DNA from: a virus
Taxonomy: Duplodnaviria; Caudoviricetes
Virus record (IMG/VR): IMGVR_UViG_3300037310_000607
Span: 1-56,023 of that record
Strand: one strand, 5' to 3'
Length of the DNA: 56,023 bases
Numbering within the stretch: the stretch's first letter is position 1; each line of letters starts with the position of its first letter. Below are positions 27,358 to 35,601 of this stretch, piece by piece. The position numbers and the translations under genes are program-made. The notes beneath the pieces are model-generated. The model was not told where the DNA came from. It saw only the letters and a list, made by a program, of their open reading frames with translations, and searched no databases.

Positions 27358-27692
27358 GCTTCCTCCTCGTGGACGTAGGGATCTCCGCGCCGGAACCCGG
27401 CGTCCACCAGCTCCGCCGCCTCGCGCCGCAGCGCGTTGATCTCGCCCTGGAGCTTCCGCCACTCCAGCTCCATCCCCGGCGGCATCACGCGCACGTGCTC
27501 GGAGCGGCCGCGCTTCAGCGGGTAGCCGACGCTCCCGATCAGCAGATGGCCCTTCGGGTTCTTGAGGCCCGGCAAACCGCGGCCGAACCTGATCTTGCTG
27601 GCGTACTCTTCGGTCGAGGTGACATCGGCCACGCGCACCTTCGCCTTCTCGTGCTCCGAGTCGTACCAGTACGGACGGTGCAGGACCAGCAT
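27354..27692 (-). CDS. early hypothetical protein
   Basis: TGATG-coupled. Confidence 0.55.
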   Translation of the reverse strand: MLVLHRPYWYDSEHEKAKVRVADVTSTEEYASKIRFGRGLPGLKNPKGHLLIGSVGYPLKRGRSEHVRVMPPGMELEWRKLQGEINALRREAAELVDAGFRRGDPYVHEEEA

Positions 27693-27940
27693 CACAGCAC
27701 CGGCGCCGCAACGCGATCGGCCATCGCGTCGAGGCAGAAGCGCACGAGGCAGAGCCGGTCGAAGCTCGGCTCGACGAGCGTGCTGAAGTCCACGAGCTGC
27801 GGCTTGGACCACGCCACGGCCGGCGCGATCTCGCTCCGCGGACCCAGGTAGGCGGCCCACAGCTCGCCGCCCGCCACCTGGTAGGCGAAGCCGTCGTCGA
27901 TGATGGACAGCTCCGGCACTCGGATTTCCTCGGGTCTCAT
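27692..27940 (-). CDS. early hypothetical protein
   Basis: GGAGGAGG RBS, coupled. Confidence 0.55.
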   Translation of the reverse strand: MRPEEIRVPELSIIDDGFAYQVAGGELWAAYLGPRSEIAPAVAWSKPQLVDFSTLVEPSFDRLCLVRFCLDAMADRVAAPVL

Positions 27941-28242
27941 GGCACCTCCTCCAACTCGTCGCCCTCGATCGCCTCGACGATCGGGAAGGGCGGCTGCGTC
28001 TCGTTCGGGTTCAGGCCCGGCGCGACGAGCACCACGAAGTCGTGGTCGTTCTCGATCGCGTTCGCCAGCTCGTCGGCCTGGATCGCCTGGAGCATGGCCG
28101 CGCCGTCGAAGTAGTCCGGCAGCGCGCCCAGCTCCATCGCCAGCGCTTCCTCGTGGTCCTGCTCGATGCTCCACTGACACACGAGGCAGCGCCGATGGAC
28201 GCCGCGCGCGACGTGAGTGGACATGACCGAGCGCCTGCTCAT
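27937..28242 (-). CDS. early hypothetical protein
   Basis: coupled; CxxC. Confidence 0.55.
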   Translation of the reverse strand: MSRRSVMSTHVARGVHRRCLVCQWSIEQDHEEALAMELGALPDYFDGAAMLQAIQADELANAIENDHDFVVLVAPGLNPNETQPPFPIVEAIEGDELEEVP

Positions 28243-28454
28243 CGGCCACCTCGCTCGGCGTCCAGCTTCGCAACGCGCCACGCCACCATCTCGGCGACAA
28301 CGGCGAGCGGCAGCCGGTACTCGCTGCGCTTCCCGTGCGGCTTGACCGTGAGGAACGTCGAGCCGTCGGCGCGCGGGTCGATCGTGACGCTCGCCTCCCG
28401 GGCGCCGTCGATGTGGACGCCGGCCACCTTGAAGTGCGCCGCCGTCAGCCTCAC
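28239..28454 (-). CDS. early hypothetical protein
   Basis: coupled 71-aa ORF. Confidence 0.55.
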   Translation of the reverse strand: MRLTAAHFKVAGVHIDGAREASVTIDPRADGSTFLTVKPHGKRSEYRLPLAVVAEMVAWRVAKLDAERGGR

Positions 28455-28726
28455 GACTTGGCCTCGCGGTGCGCCTTGCGTAGCGCGTGGGAGAACTTCG
28501 TCACCTTCTCGGGCGTACCCCAGGCGCTCGCCGGGGCGTTGTTGTAGATGTAGCGCACGAGCGGCACGAGGCCAGCCAGGGAGTAGCGGTCGGCGTGCGC
28601 GATCGCGCGCGAGAGGTTGTTCTCCAGCACGGCCAGCAGGAAGTCACCCGGCAGGATGCCCTCCTTGATGTAGAGCTGGAGCCCCTCCATCACGGCCGGC
28701 GGGATCACCTCGTAGTCGTTGCTCAC
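28451..28726 (-). CDS. conserved phage hypothetical protein
   Basis: PGDFLLAVLENNL...AD...P..AWG pattern. Confidence 0.65.
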   Translation of the reverse strand: MSNDYEVIPPAVMEGLQLYIKEGILPGDFLLAVLENNLSRAIAHADRYSLAGLVPLVRYIYNNAPASAWGTPEKVTKFSHALRKAHREAKS

Positions 28727-29013
28727 AGGGCACCCCCCTCGGCGAGCGGCTCCACCTCGTAGACCGGCTCGACGGCGGCGAGGCCCTCGTAGCTGGAGCG
28801 CGTGTAGACCCCGAGCGAGATCCGCTCGCCGTTGCCGTTGCTCCCGGGGGTGAGCCAGACCTCGACCACCTCCACCCCGTTCACGATGCGCGCCTCCGTC
28901 TCGACGCCCAGCTCCCAGCCGCGCACGTGCGCCGTGACCGGGCTGTTCTTCGAGCCGCAGCGCGTCGCCTTCGTCTTGGCCCGCCCGTTCAGCGTCCCGT
29001 ACAGTGCAGCCAT
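28723..29013 (-). CDS. early hypothetical protein
   Basis: first gene after a consensus promoter; GGAGGTG RBS. Confidence 0.7.
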   Translation of the reverse strand: MAALYGTLNGRAKTKATRCGSKNSPVTAHVRGWELGVETEARIVNGVEVVEVWLTPGSNGNGERISLGVYTRSSYEGLAAVEPVYEVEPLAEGGAL

Positions 29014-29031
29014 CTTGCCACCTCCATCTTC

Positions 29032-29060
29032 ATCATACCAAACTCACGAGCGCTTGTCAA
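29032..29060 (-). promoter_or_regulatory. near-consensus sigma70 promoter with operator
   Basis: TTGACA-N17-TATGAT; 12/16 operator at 29040-29055. Confidence 0.85.
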
Positions 29061-29232
29061 GTCGCCGCTGGAAGTACGGCACCGCCGCCAGGCCGAGCGC
29101 CGCCCGCCGAGCGGCATAGCGCGTCTGGCACTCCGAGCTGCGCTCGTGCGCCGCGCGCCCCAGCGCATTCGTCGTCACCAGGGCGCGGCACCACCGGCAC
29201 TGCCGCTTCGAGAAGCGGCGCCTCCGACTCAT
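29044..29232 (-). CDS. small Zn-finger-like protein
   Basis: CRWC...HE...C. Confidence 0.45.
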   Translation of the reverse strand: MSRRRRFSKRQCRWCRALVTTNALGRAAHERSSECQTRYAARRAALGLAAVPYFQRRLDKRS

Positions 29233-29269
29233 GTCGTGCTCCCCGGCAGATCGAAGCCCGCCAGCTTCT

Positions 29270-29461
29270 TCATGCCACCTCCTCGGGCTCGTAAGCCCCC
29301 TTCGGAATCGTGAACTTGACCTTGTGGATCTTCTCCCAGCGGCGCACGCACGCCTCGCAGATCGGCTCCCCCTTGATCGAGGGGACCAGGGCCGGGTTGA
29401 ACTGGATCGGCTGCCGGCAGGCACCGCACGCCGCCATCGCCATCATGAAGGCCACGGTCAC
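29270..29461 (-). CDS. small Zn-finger protein
   Basis: CGAC...FNPALVPS...PICEAC. Confidence 0.6.
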   Translation of the reverse strand: MTVAFMMAMAACGACRQPIQFNPALVPSIKGEPICEACVRRWEKIHKVKFTIPKGAYEPEEVA

Positions 29462-29661
29462 ACCACCTTTCGCACGAGCGGGTCGCCAGTGAACTTCGAC
29501 TTGCCCTCGACCGCGAAGGCCTTGCTGCGCGTGTAGCCTGTGCCCGTCGTATAGCGCACCGTGATCCGGCTCAGGCCGACCTTCTCGACCGTGCCGCGGT
29601 AGTAGCCCCCGAAGGAGAACACCTCGACCACCTCGCCGATCCTGAAATCGCTCGCCACCAT
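29458..29661 (-). CDS. small SH3-like beta protein
   Basis: FRIGEVVEV...RGTVEKV; first gene after promoter. Confidence 0.65.
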   Translation of the reverse strand: MVASDFRIGEVVEVFSFGGYYRGTVEKVGLSRITVRYTTGTGYTRSKAFAVEGKSKFTGDPLVRKVV

Positions 29662-29678
29662 CTGCCACCTCCACCGAC

Positions 29679-29707
29679 ATCATGAGCTAGCGTGGGCTTG
29701 TTGTCAA
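29679..29707 (-). promoter_or_regulatory. sigma70 promoter with operator
   Basis: TTGACA-N17-CATGAT; 12/16 operator at 29684-29699. Confidence 0.8.
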
Positions 29708-29863
29708 GCCGAGCCGGATCGCCTCCGACTTCAGCAGGACCGTATCCCGCTTGCGGCTGTTCGCTCCGCACTTCAGGCACAGGCGCCAGCCCTCCCGCGG
29801 CGTCGAGACGTAGAGCACGTCGCCTCCGCAGCCATCGTGCAGACCTATCACCCGCTCGGTCAT
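29687..29863 (-). CDS. small Zn-ribbon-like protein
   Basis: HDGC...CLKC; ATGA-coupled. Confidence 0.45.
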   Translation of the reverse strand: MTERVIGLHDGCGGDVLYVSTPREGWRLCLKCGANSRKRDTVLLKSEAIRLGLTTSPR

Positions 29864-30273
29864 GCCGGCTCCGCGAGACCGGCGATCACGTGGCGTGCAA
29901 CCCACTTCAGGATGCACACCCGCTCGGCCACCGACCAGTAGGCGCGCAGCTTCTTGCCGTCGCGCTCGTAGGGCCTCCATGCGTCGGCCCACACCCCCTC
30001 GATTGCCATCCGCGGGTCATTGCCGACGGTCCTGCCAACCGTCCCGACGAAGCAGCGACAGCTCTTGCAGTGCGGGTTGGCGGCGAAGATGCTGACGATG
30101 CCCGCCGCCTTGTCCCAGCTCGCCATTGGGATCGAGTTGAGGTGCTCGTCGCCCGCGGCGAGCGCCGCCCGGATCCGCTCCTCGCTGGCCGGCACGAGCT
30201 TCGCCAGCTCCGCAAGGCCGAGCGCCTCGGCCTTCGCCTTGTACTTCTCGTAATGCTCGCGCGCAGCGCTCAC
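29860..30273 (-). CDS. early hypothetical protein
   Basis: DEHLNSIPMASWD...SVAERVCILK; GGAGG RBS. Confidence 0.65.
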   Translation of the reverse strand: MSAAREHYEKYKAKAEALGLAELAKLVPASEERIRAALAAGDEHLNSIPMASWDKAAGIVSIFAANPHCKSCRCFVGTVGRTVGNDPRMAIEGVWADAWRPYERDGKKLRAYWSVAERVCILKWVARHVIAGLAEPA

Positions 30274-30542
30274 CGTTCACCTCCCCATGCCAAGTCTCTC
30301 GGGCAGTCCGCGGCCCGCAGCGCCGCCGCTCCGTAGTGGGCCGCCGTCCAGGCCGCCCACACCGCAGCCTCCTCGAAGTGCGATTCCACCATCTCGCTGA
30401 AGATCGAGGCGTCGCGCGTCTCGGTCTCGTCCATGCCGATCGAGACCGCGTGCGCGGCGCGCAGCTCGCGCATGGCCAGGAGGCCGACGCTCGCCAGCCT
30501 CCCGTAACGCTTCGCCAGGAAGCGCCCCTCGTCGAAGGTCAT
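30270..30542 (-). CDS. early hypothetical protein
   Basis: GGAGG RBS, coupled. Confidence 0.55.
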   Translation of the reverse strand: MTFDEGRFLAKRYGRLASVGLLAMRELRAAHAVSIGMDETETRDASIFSEMVESHFEEAAVWAAWTAAHYGAAALRAADCPRDLAWGGER

Positions 30543-30742
30543 GACGCCTCCGCGAAGAACGCCGGCTCGCAGTGCCGGTGCTTGTTCGACAGGCGCCCGG
30601 CCTTCGTCACGTAGAAGGCATGGCCGGCGAGGTAGGCCTCGTCGGTTGGCCACGCCTTGCGGGCCAGGTGCCGGTGAACGTAGCGCGCGAGCACTTCGCG
30701 CTTCAGGCTGTGGCTCAGCTTGTCGCCGCGGATCAGCTTCAT
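30539..30742 (-). CDS. early hypothetical protein
   Basis: GAGGAGG RBS, coupled. Confidence 0.6.
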   Translation of the reverse strand: MKLIRGDKLSHSLKREVLARYVHRHLARKAWPTDEAYLAGHAFYVTKAGRLSNKHRHCEPAFFAEAS

Positions 30743-30876
30743 GACTCCTCCTCGGGCTCGGGCTCCTCGTAGAATCGGTGTCGCTCTTCCTCGCGCCGCT
30801 CGAATTCCCTCGCGTCGTTCGCCTCGATCTGCGCCCACTGCTCGGGCGTCAGGTCCTCGTCGAAGATCGGCATCAT
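30739..30876 (-). CDS. small very acidic protein (45 aa)
   Basis: MMPIFDEDLTPEQWAQIEANDAREFERREEERHRFYEEPEPEEES; first gene after promoter. Confidence 0.55.
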   Translation of the reverse strand: MMPIFDEDLTPEQWAQIEANDAREFERREEERHRFYEEPEPEEES

Positions 30877-30891
30877 TACCCCCTCACCCAC

Positions 30892-30920
30892 ATCATGAGC
30901 CATCGTGGGTTCGCTGTCAA
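30892..30920 (-). promoter_or_regulatory. sigma70 promoter with operator
   Basis: TTGACA-N17-CATGAT; 11/16 operator. Confidence 0.8.
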
Positions 30921-30987
30921 AGGAAGCGCTCCGCCTTGCGGCTGTCGCTGCGGTAGCCCGGAGCGCAGAGGTGGAGCGGAAGCCGCT

Positions 30988-31356
30988 TCATCGGCGCGCC
31001 TCCGCCGCCTCCAGCTCGGCCGGCGTCCAGCACGGCGGGCAGGCCTTCCCATCGTTCGGGCAGCACACGTCGCCGCAGCGCGTCACGATGCAGGGACCCT
31101 GCCGCGGGACACGCGCGCAGCCGGCGAGCGCGAGCCCGAGCGCCAGGACGAGGCCGGCCCGGCGGCCAGCCGCCAGCAGTCGAGCGCTGGCCTCACGGCA
31201 CAGGCTCATGTACTCCGCGACGGCGGCCCGCCGCTCGATGTCGCCGCGCTCGGGCATCTTGCGCGTGAGCGCATGAAGCACCGCCTCTTGGAGCGCGAAC
31301 TCCAGGCGGATCCGGCGCGCGTTGCCGCCTCGGCGCGCCAGCGTCCGGCGATTCAC
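30988..31356 (-). CDS. paralog of 35015..35266 fused to a lipobox-like Cys-rich tail
   Basis: RRIRLEFALQEAVL...LCREASARL then LVLALGLALAGC... Confidence 0.5.
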   Translation of the reverse strand: MNRRTLARRGGNARRIRLEFALQEAVLHALTRKMPERGDIERRAAVAEYMSLCREASARLLAAGRRAGLVLALGLALAGCARVPRQGPCIVTRCGDVCCPNDGKACPPCWTPAELEAAEARR

Positions 31357-31673
31357 GGGCGCACCCAATCGCAGGGCTTGAGCACGGCGCCGGCCCACTC
31401 CGACAGGACCGAGCCGCATTCGGAGCACCGGAACCCCAGCCCGCCCGCGCCAGGATCCCCGGAGCGCTCCGCCGCCAGGGATGCGAGCGGGTAGCCGGCG
31501 CCGTGCAGGCACGCCGCCGCCGCCTCGCGCAACTTGCCCTCCGCACGCAGGCGCAGCATCCGCTTGTGCCCGCGCGCGTACTCGCGGCCCGCGGCCTCCA
31601 GCTCGGCCTGCTCGCAGTCCGCCTGGAAGCGCTCGGCCTCGATCGCCTCGGGATCCATCCACCCTCCGCTCAT
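31353..31673 (-). CDS. early hypothetical protein (Zn-ribbon)
   Basis: CLH...CSECG; GGAGGG RBS. Confidence 0.55.
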   Translation of the reverse strand: MSGGWMDPEAIEAERFQADCEQAELEAAGREYARGHKRMLRLRAEGKLREAAAACLHGAGYPLASLAAERSGDPGAGGLGFRCSECGSVLSEWAGAVLKPCDWVRP

Positions 31674-31797
31674 GCCACCCCTCCCTCTCAGGATCCAATC
31701 CGGGCGTAATAGCCCGGCGCCGTCACCAGGGTCCGCCCCTCGCCGGCCGGCGTGAAGCTCGCCCCGCCGCCCGCGAAGAACGAGATCGCCTCCTCGA

Positions 31798-32091
31798 TCA
31801 GCTCACGGCCTGGAGCTGCTCCAGAATCCACACCTTGAGCCGCTTGGTCGTCTGGCTGTCGCCGTCCACCGTGCGGAGGAAGTCGAAGAACCGCCGCTCG
31901 TTCCCCGGGCCGAACGCCCGGGACGGGAAGGTGACGTACTTGTCGCCCTCGGGAGAGCGCCAGACGGAGAAGCCGACAAGCTTCATGCCGTCCAGGGGGC
32001 CGAACTCGTGGCCGACGAAGTGCAGCTCGGCCTCGCAGACGAGCCCCTCGGGAGCAGACTCGCGGGTGATGAAGTTGACCAATATGCTCAT
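31798..32091 (-). CDS. SpoVG-like / PC4-fold nucleic-acid-binding protein
   Basis: AELHF...LDGMKLVGFSVW...VTFPSR...FFDFLR. Confidence 0.6.
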   Translation of the reverse strand: MSILVNFITRESAPEGLVCEAELHFVGHEFGPLDGMKLVGFSVWRSPEGDKYVTFPSRAFGPGNERRFFDFLRTVDGDSQTTKRLKVWILEQLQAVS

Positions 32092-32273
32092 GCCCTGCCT
32101 CTTTCTGGCGCATCCGCACCCAGGAACCGCCTCACGTCCTCGACTGCCATCAGCCGGTGCATACCGTCGCCCGCCTGTAGCTCATGCACGCGGGACACGG
32201 CGCCGGGCAGCTCGCCCTCCGCCGCAAGGCGCCGTTCGGCTCGCTTCACCCGCGCCTTGAACCCCTTGAGCAT
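32088..32273 (-). CDS. early hypothetical protein
   Basis: first gene after promoter, GGAGGTG RBS. Confidence 0.6.
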   Translation of the reverse strand: MLKGFKARVKRAERRLAAEGELPGAVSRVHELQAGDGMHRLMAVEDVRRFLGADAPERGRA

Positions 32274-32291
32274 CTCGCCACCTCCACCAGA

Positions 32292-32320
32292 ATCATAACC
32301 CTCGTGGGCTTGTGTGTCAA
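32292..32320 (-). promoter_or_regulatory. near-consensus sigma70 promoter with operator
   Basis: TTGACA-N17-TATGAT; 13/16 operator at 32296-32311. Confidence 0.85.
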
Positions 32321-32360
32321 GGCGGCGAGGCGTGAATCACCCCGCCGCCCCACCCCCAGC

Positions 32361-32723
32361 TCAGGCCGCCGCCACCGCGCGCAGCTCGCGCTCCGCGCGC
32401 TCGACCACCATGCGGCCGAGCTTCGCCTCGAAGGCCTTGCGCGTCTTGCCCGGAAACACGTTGGTCCGCAGGCCGATGCGGCGCACGAGCCACTCGCGCT
32501 TCGCCGGGATCACGCCGGCCTCGCCGCCCTCGAAGAGCGGGAACCCGGCCGCCTCCAGGGCGCGCAGGCGCACCATCCACTCGCCGATGTTCTTGGGCTC
32601 GATCGACCCCAGCTCCACCGCGAGCGTCGCCCACACGAGGCGGTCGGTGATTGCGCGCTCCTCCTCGCTCTCCGCGAGCGCCTTCCAGTTCTCGACGTTC
32701 TCGATCGACCAGTTCAGAGCCAT
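32361..32723 (-). CDS. early hypothetical protein
   Basis: MALNWSIENV...IGLRTNV; GGAGGT RBS. Confidence 0.65.
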   Translation of the reverse strand: MALNWSIENVENWKALAESEEERAITDRLVWATLAVELGSIEPKNIGEWMVRLRALEAAGFPLFEGGEAGVIPAKREWLVRRIGLRTNVFPGKTRKAFEAKLGRMVVERAERELRAVAAA

Positions 32724-32746
32724 CGTTTCTACCTCCACCCACAAAC

Positions 32747-32775
32747 AATATGAGCTTTCGCGGGCTTGTCTGCAA
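32747..32775 (-). promoter_or_regulatory. sigma70-like promoter with operator
   Basis: TTGCAG-N17-CATATT; 11/16 operator. Confidence 0.65.
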
Positions 32776-32794
32776 GCCCATCAGTCGGCAGAAC

Positions 32795-33025
32795 TTAGAC
32801 GCGCACCCCCTCGCCGCGCGCCCACAGGTAGAGGCCCTCGTCGTTGGCGATCCACTCCCGGATCTCGGAGGCCGAGAGCTTCGGCGCGGGGTGAGTGTGC
32901 TCGGTGCGCGACAGCGGGCAGTCGCAGCTCGCGCTCGCCGGCACGCGGCCCAGGACGCGCCCGATCGCCGCCTCCAGCTCCGCCCGGTTCTCCCGGATGA
33001 AGTCGGCCATGCTCTTGCGTTTCAC
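32795..33025 (-). CDS. conserved phage hypothetical protein
   Basis: FIRENRAEL...WIANDEGLYLWAR. Confidence 0.6.
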   Translation of the reverse strand: MKRKSMADFIRENRAELEAAIGRVLGRVPASASCDCPLSRTEHTHPAPKLSASEIREWIANDEGLYLWARGEGVRV

Positions 33026-33038
33026 GTGGAACCCCCCT

Positions 33039-33257
33039 TCAAAAGCACGTGTCGCACGTGCAATGCGGCCGCCTCCCCGAGCGGCAGGTTTCGAGCGCCT
33101 TGTGCCGCGGAGCGAACACGTCCTCCGGCATCTTGTCGGTCGCCGCGTAGACCTCACGCTGGCAGAAGGCACACTCGGGATCGAGCATCCCCTCGCGCTC
33201 CCAGCGCCGGAGCTGCTCCTCGCGCGTCTCGCCCCCGTAGCCTCGCAGCTCGGTCAT
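33039..33257 (-). CDS. small Cys/His metal-binding protein
   Basis: CAFC...PRH....CRSG..HCTCDTCF. Confidence 0.6.
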   Translation of the reverse strand: MTELRGYGGETREEQLRRWEREGMLDPECAFCQREVYAATDKMPEDVFAPRHKALETCRSGRRPHCTCDTCF

Positions 33258-33577
33258 AGCCCCTCCACGATCCCGTGAACCGGGCAGCCGAACGAGGCGC
33301 CCGACAGCGGACCATGCGCGCGCTCGCATCCAGGGCGCGAGCACTTCACCGCGCGGAGCTGCACCAGCATGTGCTCCGCGCGCGTCCCGTTCGCCACCGC
33401 ATACGTCGCCGGCTCGCCCGTGAAGCGCGTCCCGTTCGCCTCGATTGACACGCTCAGCACGCCCGGATAGCCCGGCCGCTCGCCCGGCTCGTGCCGCAGG
33501 ACGATCCGGCCCTCCGGCGCCTCGATGACCCACTCGCGCGGCCGCGGGCCGTAGCCGAACGCCTTGTGTCGCGCCAT
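33254..33577 (-). CDS. early hypothetical protein
   Basis: GAGGGGGAG RBS; C-terminal Cys/His. Confidence 0.55.
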   Translation of the reverse strand: MARHKAFGYGPRPREWVIEAPEGRIVLRHEPGERPGYPGVLSVSIEANGTRFTGEPATYAVANGTRAEHMLVQLRAVKCSRPGCERAHGPLSGASFGCPVHGIVEGL

Positions 33578-33588
33578 GTCTCCCCCTC

Positions 33589-33840
33589 TCAGGCGGCGAA
33601 GCGCGCGATCGTCTCGCCGCCCGCCACGTTGCGCTTGATCTCCGCCGCGAGGACCTTGGTCACGCCCAAGTGCTCGTTCGGCCCCCCGGGCTTCGTCCCC
33701 TCCTCGAACTTCGCCACGAAGCGCGCGAGGTTCGCCGCGGTCGGGCGCCCGTACTCGCGGCGCCACACGAAGGGCGAGATGACGAACGGTCCCGCCACCC
33801 TCAGCTCCAGCTTCCACTTCGGCGTCACGATGCGTCCCAC
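33589..33840 (-). CDS. early hypothetical protein
   Basis: GTG after GGAGGTG; first gene after promoter. Confidence 0.65.
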   Translation of the reverse strand: MGRIVTPKWKLELRVAGPFVISPFVWRREYGRPTAANLARFVAKFEEGTKPGGPNEHLGVTKVLAAEIKRNVAGGETIARFAA

Positions 33841-33858
33841 TTTGCCACCTCCATTCAC

Positions 33859-33887
33859 ATTGTACTCTCGTGGGTTCGTCCAGTCAA
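33859..33887 (-). promoter_or_regulatory. sigma70 promoter with degenerate operator
   Basis: TTGACT-N17-TACAAT; CCCACGAG core. Confidence 0.8.
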
Positions 33888-34378
33888 GCCTCTCGCGCCC
33901 AGCGCCCGAGCGCCGCGGCCACGGCCGGGCGCCCGTAGAAGGCCGCCAGCTCGCGGTTTCGCGCCCGCACGCTCGCCTCCTCCGCCTCCAGGGCGGCGCG
34001 ATTCCGCCAGAGCGCGGCCTGCTCCAGCCAGTAGCGCGCCGCCGCGAGGTTCATAGCGCGGCTCACGCCGGCCGCCTCCCACCCGCACGGCGTCGGCCAT
34101 CCCGCGTGGCCGCGTCCCGGCCCGCCGTGCGCGAGGCGCCCCCAGGGCACCCCCGACAGCGGCTCGTTCCCGGCGAGCTGCGGCGCCGCCCAGCTCTTGC
34201 CGGCGGACCAGCGGTAGAAGGCCGCGCGTTCCAGGGCGGCCGCTCCGCGCGCCGCCGCCGACGGCGAGGCCTCGCCCACCCGGCGCAGGACGTGGCCGGC
34301 CTTGCGCTCCGCGCGCGCCTCGCGCCTGGACAGGCCGCCGACGCCCACGCCGCACGTCTCGCAGTAGAATCGTCGCAT
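33884..34378 (-). CDS. early hypothetical protein
   Basis: 164 aa, purine-rich RBS. Confidence 0.45.
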   Translation of the reverse strand: MRRFYCETCGVGVGGLSRREARAERKAGHVLRRVGEASPSAAARGAAALERAAFYRWSAGKSWAAPQLAGNEPLSGVPWGRLAHGGPGRGHAGWPTPCGWEAAGVSRAMNLAAARYWLEQAALWRNRAALEAEEASVRARNRELAAFYGRPAVAAALGRWAREA

Positions 34379-34390
34379 CCTCGCCCCCCC

Positions 34391-34540
34391 TCAGAAGCCC
34401 GTCACCGTGACGTACCACCCGCCGCGCCCGGCAGACTCCTCGATCATGTAGGCCGCGCCCAGGCGCGTCAGCTCGAACACGTAGCGCGCCAGGAGCCCGA
34501 TCTCCTCGTGCGCGAAGAACGCCGCATTGCTGCTCGCCAT
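34391..34540 (-). CDS. small early protein
   Basis: GGAGGTG RBS after a class-II promoter. Confidence 0.55.
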   Translation of the reverse strand: MASSNAAFFAHEEIGLLARYVFELTRLGAAYMIEESAGRGGWYVTVTGF

Positions 34541-34558
34541 CTCACCACCTCCACTCAC

Positions 34559-34587
34559 AACATGAGCCGGGCGCCGGCCCGGCGCTA
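34559..34587 (-). promoter_or_regulatory. variant promoter (class II)
   Basis: TAGCGC-N17-CATGTT with the same leader geometry as TTGACA promoters. Confidence 0.5.
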
Positions 34588-34875
34588 GAAGCCGCCCGCC
34601 GCGTTCGGCCCGCAGCAGCCGCAGCAGGGCGCGTCCTCGCAATGCGACGCGCGCACGCGCTCGCCGCCCCACCACTTGAGGCCCTCGCCACTCGCGCGCC
34701 CGTGGCAGCTCAGCCCGTAGACCCGCCCGCGCCCGTACCAGCGCGCCTGCTCGCCCACGGCCAGCTCCGCGCCGCATTCGGCGCAGCTCGCCGGGTAGCG
34801 GAGGGAGATCACCCCGCCCCGCCCCGCGCGCACCCGCGAACCCGAACCCCAGGCCCGCCCGTAGACCTTACGCAT
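34585..34875 (-). CDS. Cys-rich early protein
   Basis: CAECG...CH...CEDAPCCGCC. Confidence 0.55.
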   Translation of the reverse strand: MRKVYGRAWGSGSRVRAGRGGVISLRYPASCAECGAELAVGEQARWYGRGRVYGLSCHGRASGEGLKWWGGERVRASHCEDAPCCGCCGPNAAGGF

Positions 34876-34942
34876 ACTCCACCTCCACCCGGCCCACGCC
34901 GAGCACCATCAGCACGTATTCGACCCAGAACATGAGCGCCAC
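34868..34942 (-). CDS. 24-aa hydrophobic peptide
   Basis: GTG after GGAGGTG and a class-II promoter; MALMFWVEYVLMVLGVGRVEVEYA. Confidence 0.4.
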   Translation of the reverse strand: MALMFWVEYVLMVLGVGRVEVEYA

Positions 34943-34960
34943 GATCCCACCTCCAACTCC

Positions 34961-35013
34961 AATCTGAGCCGCCACGTAGCACCGCGCTAGCACCTTGCTA
35001 GCACCGCGCTAGC
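34961..35013 (-). promoter_or_regulatory. class-II promoter overlapped by phased GCTAGC repeats
   Basis: TAGCGC-N17-CAGATT; GCTAGC at 34986, 34997, 35008. Confidence 0.5.
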
Positions 35014-35014
35014 G

Positions 35015-35266
35015 TCATGCTCCCGCCAGCCGCGCCGAGGCCTCCCGGCACAAGGCGAGGTAGCTCCCCGCCGCCCGGACCTTCGAGGAGTAGCTCGCCG
35101 GCCCCGCCGCGGCCGCCGTGTGCTCCGCCCACCCGCCCGCGCGCCGCTCCCACTCCCCGGACGGCTCGCAGAGCAGCGCGAGCACCGCTTCTTGGAGCGC
35201 GTGCTCCAGGCGCAGGCGCCGCGCGTGCTCCGCCACCGCCGCCCCCCGTCCCGCGCGAGCGCTCAC
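35015..35266 (-). CDS. early hypothetical protein (paralog of 30988..31356 N-part)
   Basis: RRLRLEHALQEAVL...LCREASARL. Confidence 0.55.
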   Translation of the reverse strand: MSARAGRGAAVAEHARRLRLEHALQEAVLALLCEPSGEWERRAGGWAEHTAAAAGPASYSSKVRAAGSYLALCREASARLAGA

Positions 35267-35445
35267 GAGAGCACCGCCGCCGCGCGTCCGGCGAACAGCG
35301 GCCGCACCCCCTCGTGGTACGCGCGCGCCTCAGTCACCGGCCCCGCCGTCCACGGCCCGCCCGTCCAGGCGAGCACGAGCACCCCGCCGACCGCCACCAG
35401 AAGCACCCCCACCACCGCCGCCGCCGCCACGAGCACCTGTCCCAC
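35263..35445 (-). CDS. small membrane protein
   Basis: GTG after GGAGGTG; one long hydrophobic segment. Confidence 0.5.
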   Translation of the reverse strand: MGQVLVAAAAVVGVLLVAVGGVLVLAWTGGPWTAGPVTEARAYHEGVRPLFAGRAAAVLS

Positions 35446-35462
35446 TTGCCACCTCCACCCAC

Positions 35463-35491
35463 AACATGAGCCGCCCACCCGGCCCGCGCCA
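35463..35491 (-). promoter_or_regulatory. variant promoter (class II)
   Basis: TGGCGC-N17-CATGTT. Confidence 0.5.
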
Positions 35492-35601
35492 CCCCGCGGC
35501 TGGCCGAAGTGAAGAGCCGCCCCCTCACAAGAGGACCACCCGCCCAGCCGTTCGCGTGCTCCGGGTGCGTCCCCGCCCGCCGCGCCCCGTCCAGGCGCCA
35601 C

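Noticed and set aside
26984-35491. Repeated motifs in the early region as a CRISPR array or attC-like sites
   Set aside because: Repeats are degenerate, irregularly spaced and explained as promoter/operator/RBS cassettes; no cas or integrase gene
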